Below the pieces are notes generated by a model that was not told the DNA's origin, searched no databases, and saw nothing but the letters and a program-made list of their open reading frames with translations. Source: Candidatus Latescibacterota bacterium (GTDB lineage: Bacteria > Latescibacterota > UBA2968 > UBA8231). From it: a stretch of 64,000 nucleotides of DNA. The stretch lies in the NCBI GenBank assembly GCA_965203355.1, contig OZ241889.1:2656001-2720000 (forward strand), read 5' to 3'. The first letter of the stretch is position 1. Each line of letters opens with the position of its first letter. Of the stretch, positions 39,041 to 47,884 are shown piece after piece. The translations under genes and the position numbers were made by a program.

Positions 39041-41086
39041 ATGAAACGTCTATTGAATTTGTGGCTTTGGTTTCTCACCGCGGCATTAGCTACGGGCGCG
39101 GCAGCGGACATCGCCCTGTGGCAGCTCGGCGGCAGCGGCCTTGGCTGGGCCGCTAGCGACTCGGCGCAGGTAATGATCGACTTTACCGGAGCGAATAACT
39201 CGATCCAGCCAGTGCTGGTGAGTTCGGATACGACGGTCTTTCCCCTGCTCGAGAATTGGTCGCCGAAAAAGGATCCAGACGAGCTAGGTTTTGTCGATGG
39301 CGAGCGGCCCCGCGCTTGGAAGGGCTGCTGCGGCACCTCATCAACGGTTGACAACGCGCTCAACCTCATCGACGGCAATGGCAAGACGTACAATCCGGTG
39401 ACCAGCAACAGCATTAACAGCGAGTACTACACCATTGATTTGGGGGTGCCGTTGCCGTTGTTCGGCTTTGCTATGAGCACACCGGACAAGGGGTTTTATC
39501 GTTCGGATGGGACGCCGCTAGAAGAAGACGCCGTCCCGGCCTTTGAGGTGTCTATTGCCCCAGACACCAACAACGACGTGCTGAACACCGCCAACCCCAT
39601 CGGGGAGATCATCGTCGAGGCGCGTGAGAATGTGATCCCCAAGATAGCGGCGGATTTTCCCTTGCAATACGTGCGCTACGTGCGCTACAAGCGCAAGAAT
39701 TCAATCCTCGATGAAGCGACCAATCAGTCGGCCGGCCATTCGGGCACGGCGCGTAAAGGCACGGTGGCCGAGTTTTTCCTCTGGGGAGAGGGCATCCCCA
39801 AGCGGGCCACGTACAAGACCGTTATTTTTGATCTCGGCACCGTCGTCAACTTCGGTCGGCTGTTCTGGAAGGCCACGCCCATGCGCCTAGTCAACGGCGT
39901 GGCTGAGGAAGCCCCGGACGCCCATGTGCAGATAGAGGTCGAAGCGCGCACCGGGATAGACTCAAATCCAGACATCTACTACGAGTTCACGGACATGGGG
40001 ACGCGCGTCGCGGTCGATCAAGCCCGCTATCAGGGCGTGTTAAAAAATCAGAGTTCGGCCATTACCAATGCCGACGGGCTGGGCGGCACGCTTACCCTTT
40101 CCACGCGGCCCAAGCCGGGGCTGCGCGCTGGCATTGAGTACGACCAACAAAACTGGACGTTTTGGTCTTTTCCGACCACCGAGTCCGACCGACCTCTCAA
40201 CCTCAACCGGGGGTCGCATTTGCAGATCAAGGTAGTGCTGCACAGCGAGCGATTCGACGAGTTCGTGCGTCTCGATTCCCTGTGGATAGAGACCTCGCCG
40301 ATTCTGGCCAGCCGCGTCGTAGCTGAGGTGGCCGAACTCGGTCAGCCCAATCCAGTGCGCGGCGTGGCCGAGGTGTCTTTGGGCGAGATGACCGACTTCA
40401 CCTACGACATTAAGGCAGAATTTGCGGCAGATGAGCTGGGTTTTGACGCCCTGCGGATTAGGACGGGCAGCGCACAGACCGAGTTCAAAGGGCTGGAAAT
40501 GGACGGGGTTACAACCGAGCCGGCCGGAGTAGAGGTCGCGGATGGCGGCTTTGTCGTGGAGTTGCCGCAGCGCATAAGTCGCGCCTACAACCCGCGCTTG
40601 CGGGTTACTTTTGCCGCCGAGGTCTTCGACTTTGCGCGCACCTTTGAGGGCGAGGTTTTCAACACCGACCGGGCCGATTTGCCGCAGCCAGTCGAGGGTG
40701 GGGACGTCAGCGATGCGATCGGGACCAATAGCGTTCGGGTCTTGGCTGCGAGCGCGGCCAATCCGCAATTAGTACAAGACGTGCAGTTTTCCAGCGGCGT
40801 GATCACCCCCAATGGCGACGGGGTCAACGACGAGTTGGTCCTGTCCTACGCGCTCTTCGCGCTGCCGCAATCGGTGCCTGTACAGTTGCAAGTATTTTCG
40901 CTTGACGGTCGTCAGGTGGCGCAAATCCAGCGCGGCCAGCAAGGGTCTGGGCCTCAGCAATTACACTGGGATGGCCGCGACCAACGCGGCAAGACGCTGG
41001 CCCCGGGCCTGTATCTTTTGGGCGTCGGCATTGAAGCCGAAGACGCGGGCGATCTGCGGTTGAGGCCGGTCGGTATTGCATATTAA
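39041..41086 (+). CDS. Secreted PNGDGxND-tailed protein, paralog 2
   Basis: Signal peptide; WQLGGSG (cf. WVLGGSG in paralog 1); LIDGN..IDLG; GFDALRI; ITPNGDGVND; WDGRD..APGLY; ends VGIAY. Confidence 0.8.
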   Translation: MKRLLNLWLWFLTAALATGAAADIALWQLGGSGLGWAASDSAQVMIDFTGANNSIQPVLVSSDTTVFPLLENWSPKKDPDELGFVDGERPRAWKGCCGTSSTVDNALNLIDGNGKTYNPVTSNSINSEYYTIDLGVPLPLFGFAMSTPDKGFYRSDGTPLEEDAVPAFEVSIAPDTNNDVLNTANPIGEIIVEARENVIPKIAADFPLQYVRYVRYKRKNSILDEATNQSAGHSGTARKGTVAEFFLWGEGIPKRATYKTVIFDLGTVVNFGRLFWKATPMRLVNGVAEEAPDAHVQIEVEARTGIDSNPDIYYEFTDMGTRVAVDQARYQGVLKNQSSAITNADGLGGTLTLSTRPKPGLRAGIEYDQQNWTFWSFPTTESDRPLNLNRGSHLQIKVVLHSERFDEFVRLDSLWIETSPILASRVVAEVAELGQPNPVRGVAEVSLGEMTDFTYDIKAEFAADELGFDALRIRTGSAQTEFKGLEMDGVTTEPAGVEVADGGFVVELPQRISRAYNPRLRVTFAAEVFDFARTFEGEVFNTDRADLPQPVEGGDVSDAIGTNSVRVLAASAANPQLVQDVQFSSGVITPNGDGVNDELVLSYALFALPQSVPVQLQVFSLDGRQVAQIQRGQQGSGPQQLHWDGRDQRGKTLAPGLYLLGVGIEAEDAGDLRLRPVGIAY

Positions 41087-41157
41087 ACCGAGTGCTCAGG
41101 CGGCACTGTTCAACCGTTAAACATTGGCTTGCCAAAGCGAGGAGAAGAAACCCTATC

Positions 41158-43623
41158 ATGCGAGACTATACCATGCACATACTTGCCCTGGCCCTACTGC
41201 TGCCTGGTGGGGCTTACGCCGAGTTCCTCTCCTTCGACAGCCAAGCCGCTTGGGAAGCCAACTGGTCGCTCAAGCCCCAGTTAAACGTCTTCACGCCGGA
41301 GGGGCACTTGGGGTTGATCAAGTTTCGCAAGGACATTAACGCCACGCTCGACGCCCACCGCTTTGTCCACCCAACCAATGAACGCGGTGATGTGGCCGGT
41401 GGCATCTGGTCGGCGCTGAGCAACCCCAACGCCGCCCCCCGGATCATCGACGGGGATACCGCCACCTTTTGGCAGCCAGTCGGCAGCGATCCGCTCGACA
41501 CGTGGATCGTGCAAATCGACTTGGGCCGTGCGGTACTGGCCAAAGAGATCCGCATCCACTTCCCCGACCAAGAGGGGGCCAAACCCTTCCGCCAGTTTAG
41601 CGTTTTCGCCTCTACCGGTGCTCACGTGGCGGCCTTAGAGGACGTATATCGCTTTGCACCGGTCTATCGCACAACCCAACCCAACTTGGATACGTATGTC
41701 AGCTTTGGGTTCAAGTCGGCCGTGGAGGATACCACCCGCGCCGTGGAGCAACTGAGCGACACTGGAGGCAGCGCGGACTTTTCCGCCCCGGAGTTTACCG
41801 GCGACGCCAACACCGCCACCACCGGCGGCCGCAACAAGGCGGTGGCGACCGGCCAAGCCGATTCACGAGTGGACGCTAACGCTAGGTGGCAGATGATCCA
41901 GTTCGTCCGCTTTCTCGTCGATGAGCACCAGCTCGACGGTGCGCTCGCCGAAATCGAGGTCATTGCCGTCGGCGACAATATCAGCCTTGGGGTCGAGGAA
42001 AAGGGGGGCACGTACATCAATGGATCGCGGGCGACCGACCCCTTCTTTTGGCTCGACGGCAACCTCAATACGTACGGGGTCATTGAGGTGCATCAACAGT
42101 TTACCGAGTCGCGCGGCACGGCCTTTGAAGGGGGCTTGTGGTGGCAGGTAGATCTGGGGGCGACCTACTGGGTTGACGATGCCTTCGTCTATTGGCAAAA
42201 GGCCGGCGAGCGCCTCGCCGATTTCCGCTTGGGGACCAACAACGCCGGCACGGGGTACACCTTTTTCTCTTCTGACGGCACCGAGACCCTGACCGGAGAC
42301 TTTGACTTTGATACGTGGATTTTTGAACCGGAGTGGACCAATGCCCGCGAGCAATACAAGCGGCACTACCGGTATTTGTTCAACCCGCGCAAGGTGCGGC
42401 ACATCTTCTGGCTGGCCCTGCACGACTTGGGTTGGCGCGCCCATCCCATGGAACTACAGATGTTCTCCCCGGGGTATCCAGCCGAAGTTGTGATCCAATC
42501 GAACTTTTTGGATCTGAGTGTGCTCGCGGGCGACGGGCAGCCCAAGGTGATCAAGGCACTCCACTACGACGCCGACCTGCCACCCAATACCCAGATCGAG
42601 CTGCGCTCCCGCTCGGGCAACGCAATGGGCGAGGTGTACACCTTTCACAACAAGATCGGCGAGGTAGTAACCGAGGAGAAGTGGAAAAGCTCTCCCAAGG
42701 TGCTGCGGGGCCGAGTGGATACCTCGGTCGTCGTCGGGGAGGATTGGAGCGAGTGGAGCAACGTGTACAAGCTGTCGGGGGAGCCTTTTAAGTCGGACTC
42801 GCCGCGCAAATTCGCCCAGTTAGCGCTGGTTATGAGCACGGAAGATCCCGAGGTGGCTCCCACAGTGCGCTCCGTCGAGTTGGAATTCGTCGATGCGCTG
42901 GTCAACGAGGCGCGCGGGTCGATTTTGCCGCGCCAAGCTAAGCCCAACGAAGCTACCCGTTTCACGTATAAGCTGTGGCCGTCCGTGGTCGCGGACAACA
43001 AGGGTTTTGACCGCCTGCGCTTGGTCGTGCCCGACTTGGTACGGGCCGATGAAGTCGAGGTGACCGTCGCTGGTCAGGTGGTGGCGCCGATGGCTATGGG
43101 CCTTGCCGCCGATTCGCTGTTGATCGACTTGCCGCAGGTCGTACAAGGGGACTCCGTGCAGGTCGCCTTCACCACGCGGTTGGTGCGGAACGCCGCCGTC
43201 GTCGAGGCCGATCTCGGGCTGAGCGACGCGCCCGGCCTGTGGCAAGATGTCGAGCCAGCCGAGCGTCGATCTAACGTGGTGCTGTTGCCCGAGCTGGCCG
43301 ACAGCGAGCGCTTGATGGGCGACTTGCAGCTTTCGAGCCGAGTGCTCACGCCCAATGGCGATGGGGTCAACGACGCGGTGGAACTGAGCTTCGTCGTCTT
43401 CAAGGCCCAAGATGCGGTGCCCCTGGTTGAGGTGCGCGACTTGGTCGGCCGGCCCGTGGCCCAGTTGACGCCGGTCTCAGAGGGGCCGACCCGCCGCTTT
43501 ACGTGGAATGGCCAAGATGCGGCCGGTGCCACCGTGCCGCCGGGCATCTATCTCTGGCGCATAGACGCAAACGCAGACTCAGGGGATACCATTGAGCTGC
43601 GCGTCGTCGAGGTGGCCTACTAA
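41158..43623 (+). CDS. Secreted PNGDGxND-tailed protein with two discoidin-like modules, paralog 3
   Basis: IIDGD..IDLG; WWQVDLG; GFDRLRL; LTPNGDGVND; PPGIY; ends VEVAY. Confidence 0.8.
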   Translation: MRDYTMHILALALLLPGGAYAEFLSFDSQAAWEANWSLKPQLNVFTPEGHLGLIKFRKDINATLDAHRFVHPTNERGDVAGGIWSALSNPNAAPRIIDGDTATFWQPVGSDPLDTWIVQIDLGRAVLAKEIRIHFPDQEGAKPFRQFSVFASTGAHVAALEDVYRFAPVYRTTQPNLDTYVSFGFKSAVEDTTRAVEQLSDTGGSADFSAPEFTGDANTATTGGRNKAVATGQADSRVDANARWQMIQFVRFLVDEHQLDGALAEIEVIAVGDNISLGVEEKGGTYINGSRATDPFFWLDGNLNTYGVIEVHQQFTESRGTAFEGGLWWQVDLGATYWVDDAFVYWQKAGERLADFRLGTNNAGTGYTFFSSDGTETLTGDFDFDTWIFEPEWTNAREQYKRHYRYLFNPRKVRHIFWLALHDLGWRAHPMELQMFSPGYPAEVVIQSNFLDLSVLAGDGQPKVIKALHYDADLPPNTQIELRSRSGNAMGEVYTFHNKIGEVVTEEKWKSSPKVLRGRVDTSVVVGEDWSEWSNVYKLSGEPFKSDSPRKFAQLALVMSTEDPEVAPTVRSVELEFVDALVNEARGSILPRQAKPNEATRFTYKLWPSVVADNKGFDRLRLVVPDLVRADEVEVTVAGQVVAPMAMGLAADSLLIDLPQVVQGDSVQVAFTTRLVRNAAVVEADLGLSDAPGLWQDVEPAERRSNVVLLPELADSERLMGDLQLSSRVLTPNGDGVNDAVELSFVVFKAQDAVPLVEVRDLVGRPVAQLTPVSEGPTRRFTWNGQDAAGATVPPGIYLWRIDANADSGDTIELRVVEVAY

Positions 43624-43637
43624 CAGGTTAGAGCCGT

Positions 43638-45992
43638 ATGATGCAGAGGAAATACCGGATTTGCTACGTGTTCGCGGCCCTGTTCATCTGTGGTGCGAGC
43701 CGGGCCGAGGAAATCCGCTTCGATACCCCGGCCGAATGGGCGACTTGGGAAGTTCCGGTCGACATCGTCCAGTTTGCCGCCGACGGCTCGCTGGAACTGA
43801 GGAAATTCCGCAAGGAGATCAACGCGGCCCTCAATGCCCATCTCTTCACCCAACCCACCCAGAAGCGCGGCGAAATCACGGGCGGGATCTGGCAGGTCGG
43901 CTCCAATCCGACGACGGCCCGGCGCATCATGGACGGAGACCAGGCGACCGTGTGGCAGCCCAGTCAAGCCGACGACTTGGTCGATTGGGTCGTGACCATC
44001 GACTTGGGGCGTCCCGTGCTAGCCGAGCGCATTCGCTTGGTGTTCCCCGATCGTGTGGGAGCGCGTCCTTGGCGACAATTCAGTGTTTTCACGGCCAATG
44101 GTGCGCGGATCCAGGCTACGGACGATGTCTTCAAGTTCGACCAAGCCTTTCAGACGACCCAGCCCAATCGAGAGCAGGTCGTCGATATCGAGTTAATCGG
44201 CGAGCGCGACGTAACGCGGGTTATCGACGAAAACCTCGGGCTGGAACCCGCCGCGCTGAATACCTTCCGCATGGTGCGCTTTGTGCGCGTGCGTGCCGAC
44301 GAAAAGAGCCCTGACGCGGCTTTGGCCGAGGTGGAAGTGATCGCCGCGGGCGACAACATAAGCCTCGGCGTGTTGGCACGCGGGGGCCGCTTTGACAACG
44401 GACTTTTGGCGCGCGAACCCCAGAACATGTTCGATGGCATCACCGACACGTACGGCAATATATTCACCGTCCAGAGCAAGGGCGGCTGGCGCGAGAGTGG
44501 GGTGTGGTGGTCGGTCGATTTAGGTGCGTTGTTTTGGCTCGACGAGGCCTTCATTTACTGGCAGAATCGCGGCGAGGGCCAGTCGAGCTTCCTGTTCGAG
44601 GGATTGCAGGCTGGCACCGGCTATCAAATCCTCTTTTCCGATGGGCGGCGCACCATTGCCGGCGACATCGACTACGCCCCCCTGATTTTCGAGCCGGCGC
44701 CGGTTAGCACCGCCGAGCGGAACTTGCGCCGCCACCGCTACGTGTTTGCGCCGCGCAAGATCCGCTACTTGTTCTGGCATTCGCTGACGGATACAGGTTG
44801 GTTTTCCCACCCCATGGAGTTGATGCTGTTCTCGCCGGGCTACCCGGCGCAGGTGGTGTTGCTCTCGGACTTTATCGACCTCGGCCAACTCGCTGGCGAT
44901 GGTCGCGCCAAGGCCATCAAGCACTTGCGCTGGGAGGCGACCACGCCGGAACAGACGCGATTGCAGGTGCGTTCGCGGTCGGGCAACACCCTCCGAGAGT
45001 TCTACACGTTCTACGACAAAAAGGGCGATGAAGTCACCGAGACGCGCTACAATAGCCTGCCCAAAGTCATCCGCGGCCCCATCGACACCATGGTCGTCGT
45101 CGGGGCCGATTGGGGTGCGTGGAGCAATTTTTACCAGTTTTCCGGCGAAGCGTTTAAGTCGGAGACGCCGCGCCGTTTTATTCAACTGGAGCTGATTCTC
45201 TCCACCGAGGATCCGGCTGTCGCACCGGTGCTGCACGCGCTGGCACTGGATTTTGAGGATGCGTTGGTCGCCCAAGCCGCCGGGCAGATTGCGCCGCGTC
45301 AGGCCGTGCCCAACGAGACGACGCGGTTTACCTATACGCTGCGGACGAATGCGACCGAAGGCGATTCGGGCTTTGATCGGCTGCGCTTTTCGACGCCGAG
45401 TGCCGTGGATGCGGCGGCGGTGCGGCTGCGGGTCGGCGGTGCGGAACGCGCGGCGAGCGCGGTGCGCCTGGAGGGCGATTCGCTGCTTTTTGTCGATTTG
45501 CCGGAGGTGGTGCGGACGGATTCTGTCGCCGTGGAGTTTACCGCGAAGGTGCTGCACAATGCCACGGTCTTTGCCGTCGACTTAGGGCAGTCAGCGCGTC
45601 CCGATTTGTGGCAGTCAGTCGAGGCGACCGAGCGGCAAGCGAACGTGGTATTTTTGCCGGACTTACCCGGCAGCCAGCGGCTGATCGGCGATTTGCAGGT
45701 TGCGCCGTCGGTGTTTTCGCCCAACGGCGATGGGGTCAACGACCGCGTGCAGATCCGCTTTGCGCTGTTCAAGGCGGTGAATGCCACGCCGAGTGTGCGC
45801 ATCTTCGACTTGGCGGGTCGAGAAGTGGCGGAGCTTGTGTCGTCTGGTGGCGATGTGTTGCAGTCGTTTAGTTGGGGCGGGCTGGATGCGTCGGGTGCTC
45901 GGGTGATGCCGGGCGTGTACGTATGCCGCATTGACGCGGGAGCCGATGCCGGGCAGGGGGAAGTAATTCGCACCATAGCCGTAGCCTATTGA
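43638..45992 (+). CDS. Secreted PNGDGxND-tailed protein, paralog 4 (closest to paralog 3)
   Basis: KFRKEINAALNAH (cf. KFRKDINATLDAH), HPMELMLFSPGYPA, GFDRLRF, FSPNGDGVND; ends IAVAY. Confidence 0.8.
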   Translation: MMQRKYRICYVFAALFICGASRAEEIRFDTPAEWATWEVPVDIVQFAADGSLELRKFRKEINAALNAHLFTQPTQKRGEITGGIWQVGSNPTTARRIMDGDQATVWQPSQADDLVDWVVTIDLGRPVLAERIRLVFPDRVGARPWRQFSVFTANGARIQATDDVFKFDQAFQTTQPNREQVVDIELIGERDVTRVIDENLGLEPAALNTFRMVRFVRVRADEKSPDAALAEVEVIAAGDNISLGVLARGGRFDNGLLAREPQNMFDGITDTYGNIFTVQSKGGWRESGVWWSVDLGALFWLDEAFIYWQNRGEGQSSFLFEGLQAGTGYQILFSDGRRTIAGDIDYAPLIFEPAPVSTAERNLRRHRYVFAPRKIRYLFWHSLTDTGWFSHPMELMLFSPGYPAQVVLLSDFIDLGQLAGDGRAKAIKHLRWEATTPEQTRLQVRSRSGNTLREFYTFYDKKGDEVTETRYNSLPKVIRGPIDTMVVVGADWGAWSNFYQFSGEAFKSETPRRFIQLELILSTEDPAVAPVLHALALDFEDALVAQAAGQIAPRQAVPNETTRFTYTLRTNATEGDSGFDRLRFSTPSAVDAAAVRLRVGGAERAASAVRLEGDSLLFVDLPEVVRTDSVAVEFTAKVLHNATVFAVDLGQSARPDLWQSVEATERQANVVFLPDLPGSQRLIGDLQVAPSVFSPNGDGVNDRVQIRFALFKAVNATPSVRIFDLAGREVAELVSSGGDVLQSFSWGGLDASGARVMPGVYVCRIDAGADAGQGEVIRTIAVAY

Positions 45993-45998
45993 GGGGGC

Positions 45999-47873
45999 AT
46001 GACTGTCGCTCCAGCCGTGTACCGCGATCAAAAGTGGATCATCTCGCCCTTTGGCGACCTGTTCCTTTTTATTGGTACGCCCCTTTTGTGCTTGGTGACC
46101 ATGCTGCCATTGCGGGCCGTGTTCGACTCTCAGACCATCGCCTTCTACGCGCTGGCCCTGTTTGCCACCGGCCATCACCTGCCGGGCTTTATGCGCGCAT
46201 ACGGCGACCCGGAGCTATTTAGCACCTTCAAAGAGAAGTTCATCGTCGCGCCCGTTGTCGTGCTCTTCGTGACGGTGCTGGCGCAGTTCAATACCTTGCA
46301 CGGGCTTTTTCTGATGGTGCTAGTGTGGGAGATCTGGCACCTGTTTATGCAGCATTACGGCATCATGCGAATCTACGATGCCAAAAACAAGATTTTCTCC
46401 CGGCTCGACGCCCGGCTCGACTGGCTGTTGACCTTGTGTGCCTTTGCAACAGTCGTAGTCTATAGCCCCGAATACTTCCACCGCATCCTCGATCACAATC
46501 AGCGGGTCGGCGTACCCTTCCTGTCGGCCGAGTTGACGTTCCTGCTCAAAAAGGTGCTGTTCTATGTTGCGATGGCTGTGCTCGCGGCGTACTGGGCCAA
46601 TATCGTCCGGCGGGCGATTACCGGTCAGAAGATAAGCCTGCCCAAGATCGCGGTCATGGCGACCACGGTGTTCATCATCTACTACGGCTGGATACATATC
46701 AACGACCTCGTCATCGGCTACGCGGCCTTTGCCGTTTTCCACGATATCCAGTACTTCGCCATCGTCTGGGTCTATAACAACAACCTCGTCAAAAGGCAGG
46801 AGCGCACCACCAAGCTCCTGCGCACTTTTTTCACCACGCGCACCTTGCCGATCTTGGTCGCGTATGTGCTGGTCTGCTTTGCCTACGGCAGCATCAACAT
46901 GATGGAAGGCTTCCTCAAGTCCGAGCAGGCGATCAAAATGGTCGAGGTTTTCGTCATCACCTCGACGCTTTTGCACTACTATTTCGACGGATTCATCTGG
47001 AAGATCCGCGACCGCAAAAATCAAGCCAATTTGGGGATCCATACCGAGGAAGGGGCCAATCGCATTGGCTTGCAGACCTTGCCGAGCGGCTTGGTATCGT
47101 ACGTCCGCGAAACGGGCCGACAACTAGCCTATTTCGCGGTGCCGGTGGTGGTGCTATCGCTTTTTCAGTTTTACTGGACGGCCGACGAGGCCGAGGCGCG
47201 GGAGAAGATGGTCGAATTGTTCCCGGACTTGGCCGGTGCCCACAACAACCTCGGCGTCTTCTATGCGCGGCAGGGCGATTGGGAAAAGGCCGCTGGCGAG
47301 TATCAGCGGGCGCTTGCGTTGGATGCGGGGGCCTATGAAGCGCACAAGAACCTCGGCCTACTCTATGCGCGCCAGGGTGTGCTCGACAAGGCGCATTTGC
47401 ACTACCAACAGGCGATTGACCACAAGCCACGCTACGTCGAAGCACTCAACGCGCAGGGATTGGTACTTTTGCAGCGGGGCGAGTTCGCCAAGGCCGAGGA
47501 ACGCTTCCGCGCGGCCCTCGACGAGTTCGACTATGCGCCAGCGTACAACAACCTCGGCACGGCCTATTTGCAGATGGAAAACGTGCCAGCGGCGCTCGAT
47601 GCCTACCAAAAGGCCGTCGCGCTCAACCGGACCGACGCTTCGCACCACTTCAACTTGGGGTTGGCCTATCAGAAGGCCGGAGAGAACGAGCCGGCCGTCG
47701 CCGCGTTTGCCGCGGCCCTTTCTTTAGAGCCGCGCCACGTCAAAGCCTATTTGAGTATGGCGCTTTCCTACCAGCGGCTGGGCCACATTGCTGCGGCGCG
47801 GCAGGCGTTGCAGCAACTCTTGGCGGTAGAGCCGAATCACGCCACGGCCGCGCGGCTGTTGGCCCGGCTATGA
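45999..47873 (+). CDS. Polytopic membrane protein with His motifs fused to C-terminal TPRs
   Basis: About 10 hydrophobic segments; GHH, WHLFMQHYG, FHDIQY, LHYYFDGFIWK; AHNNLG/AYNNLG TPRs. Confidence 0.8.
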   Translation: MTVAPAVYRDQKWIISPFGDLFLFIGTPLLCLVTMLPLRAVFDSQTIAFYALALFATGHHLPGFMRAYGDPELFSTFKEKFIVAPVVVLFVTVLAQFNTLHGLFLMVLVWEIWHLFMQHYGIMRIYDAKNKIFSRLDARLDWLLTLCAFATVVVYSPEYFHRILDHNQRVGVPFLSAELTFLLKKVLFYVAMAVLAAYWANIVRRAITGQKISLPKIAVMATTVFIIYYGWIHINDLVIGYAAFAVFHDIQYFAIVWVYNNNLVKRQERTTKLLRTFFTTRTLPILVAYVLVCFAYGSINMMEGFLKSEQAIKMVEVFVITSTLLHYYFDGFIWKIRDRKNQANLGIHTEEGANRIGLQTLPSGLVSYVRETGRQLAYFAVPVVVLSLFQFYWTADEAEAREKMVELFPDLAGAHNNLGVFYARQGDWEKAAGEYQRALALDAGAYEAHKNLGLLYARQGVLDKAHLHYQQAIDHKPRYVEALNAQGLVLLQRGEFAKAEERFRAALDEFDYAPAYNNLGTAYLQMENVPAALDAYQKAVALNRTDASHHFNLGLAYQKAGENEPAVAAFAAALSLEPRHVKAYLSMALSYQRLGHIAAARQALQQLLAVEPNHATAARLLARL

Positions 47874-47884
47874 GCGGTGCGGCG

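Noticed and set aside
41123-41140. TTGGCTTGCCAAAGC as a second sigma54 promoter
   Set aside because: GG-to-GC spacing is 9 nt rather than the required 10.
26589-45992. FlgD-like tails as evidence of a flagellar locus
   Set aside because: No flagellar genes are present; the domain is a generic C-terminal Ig-like module on signal-peptide proteins.
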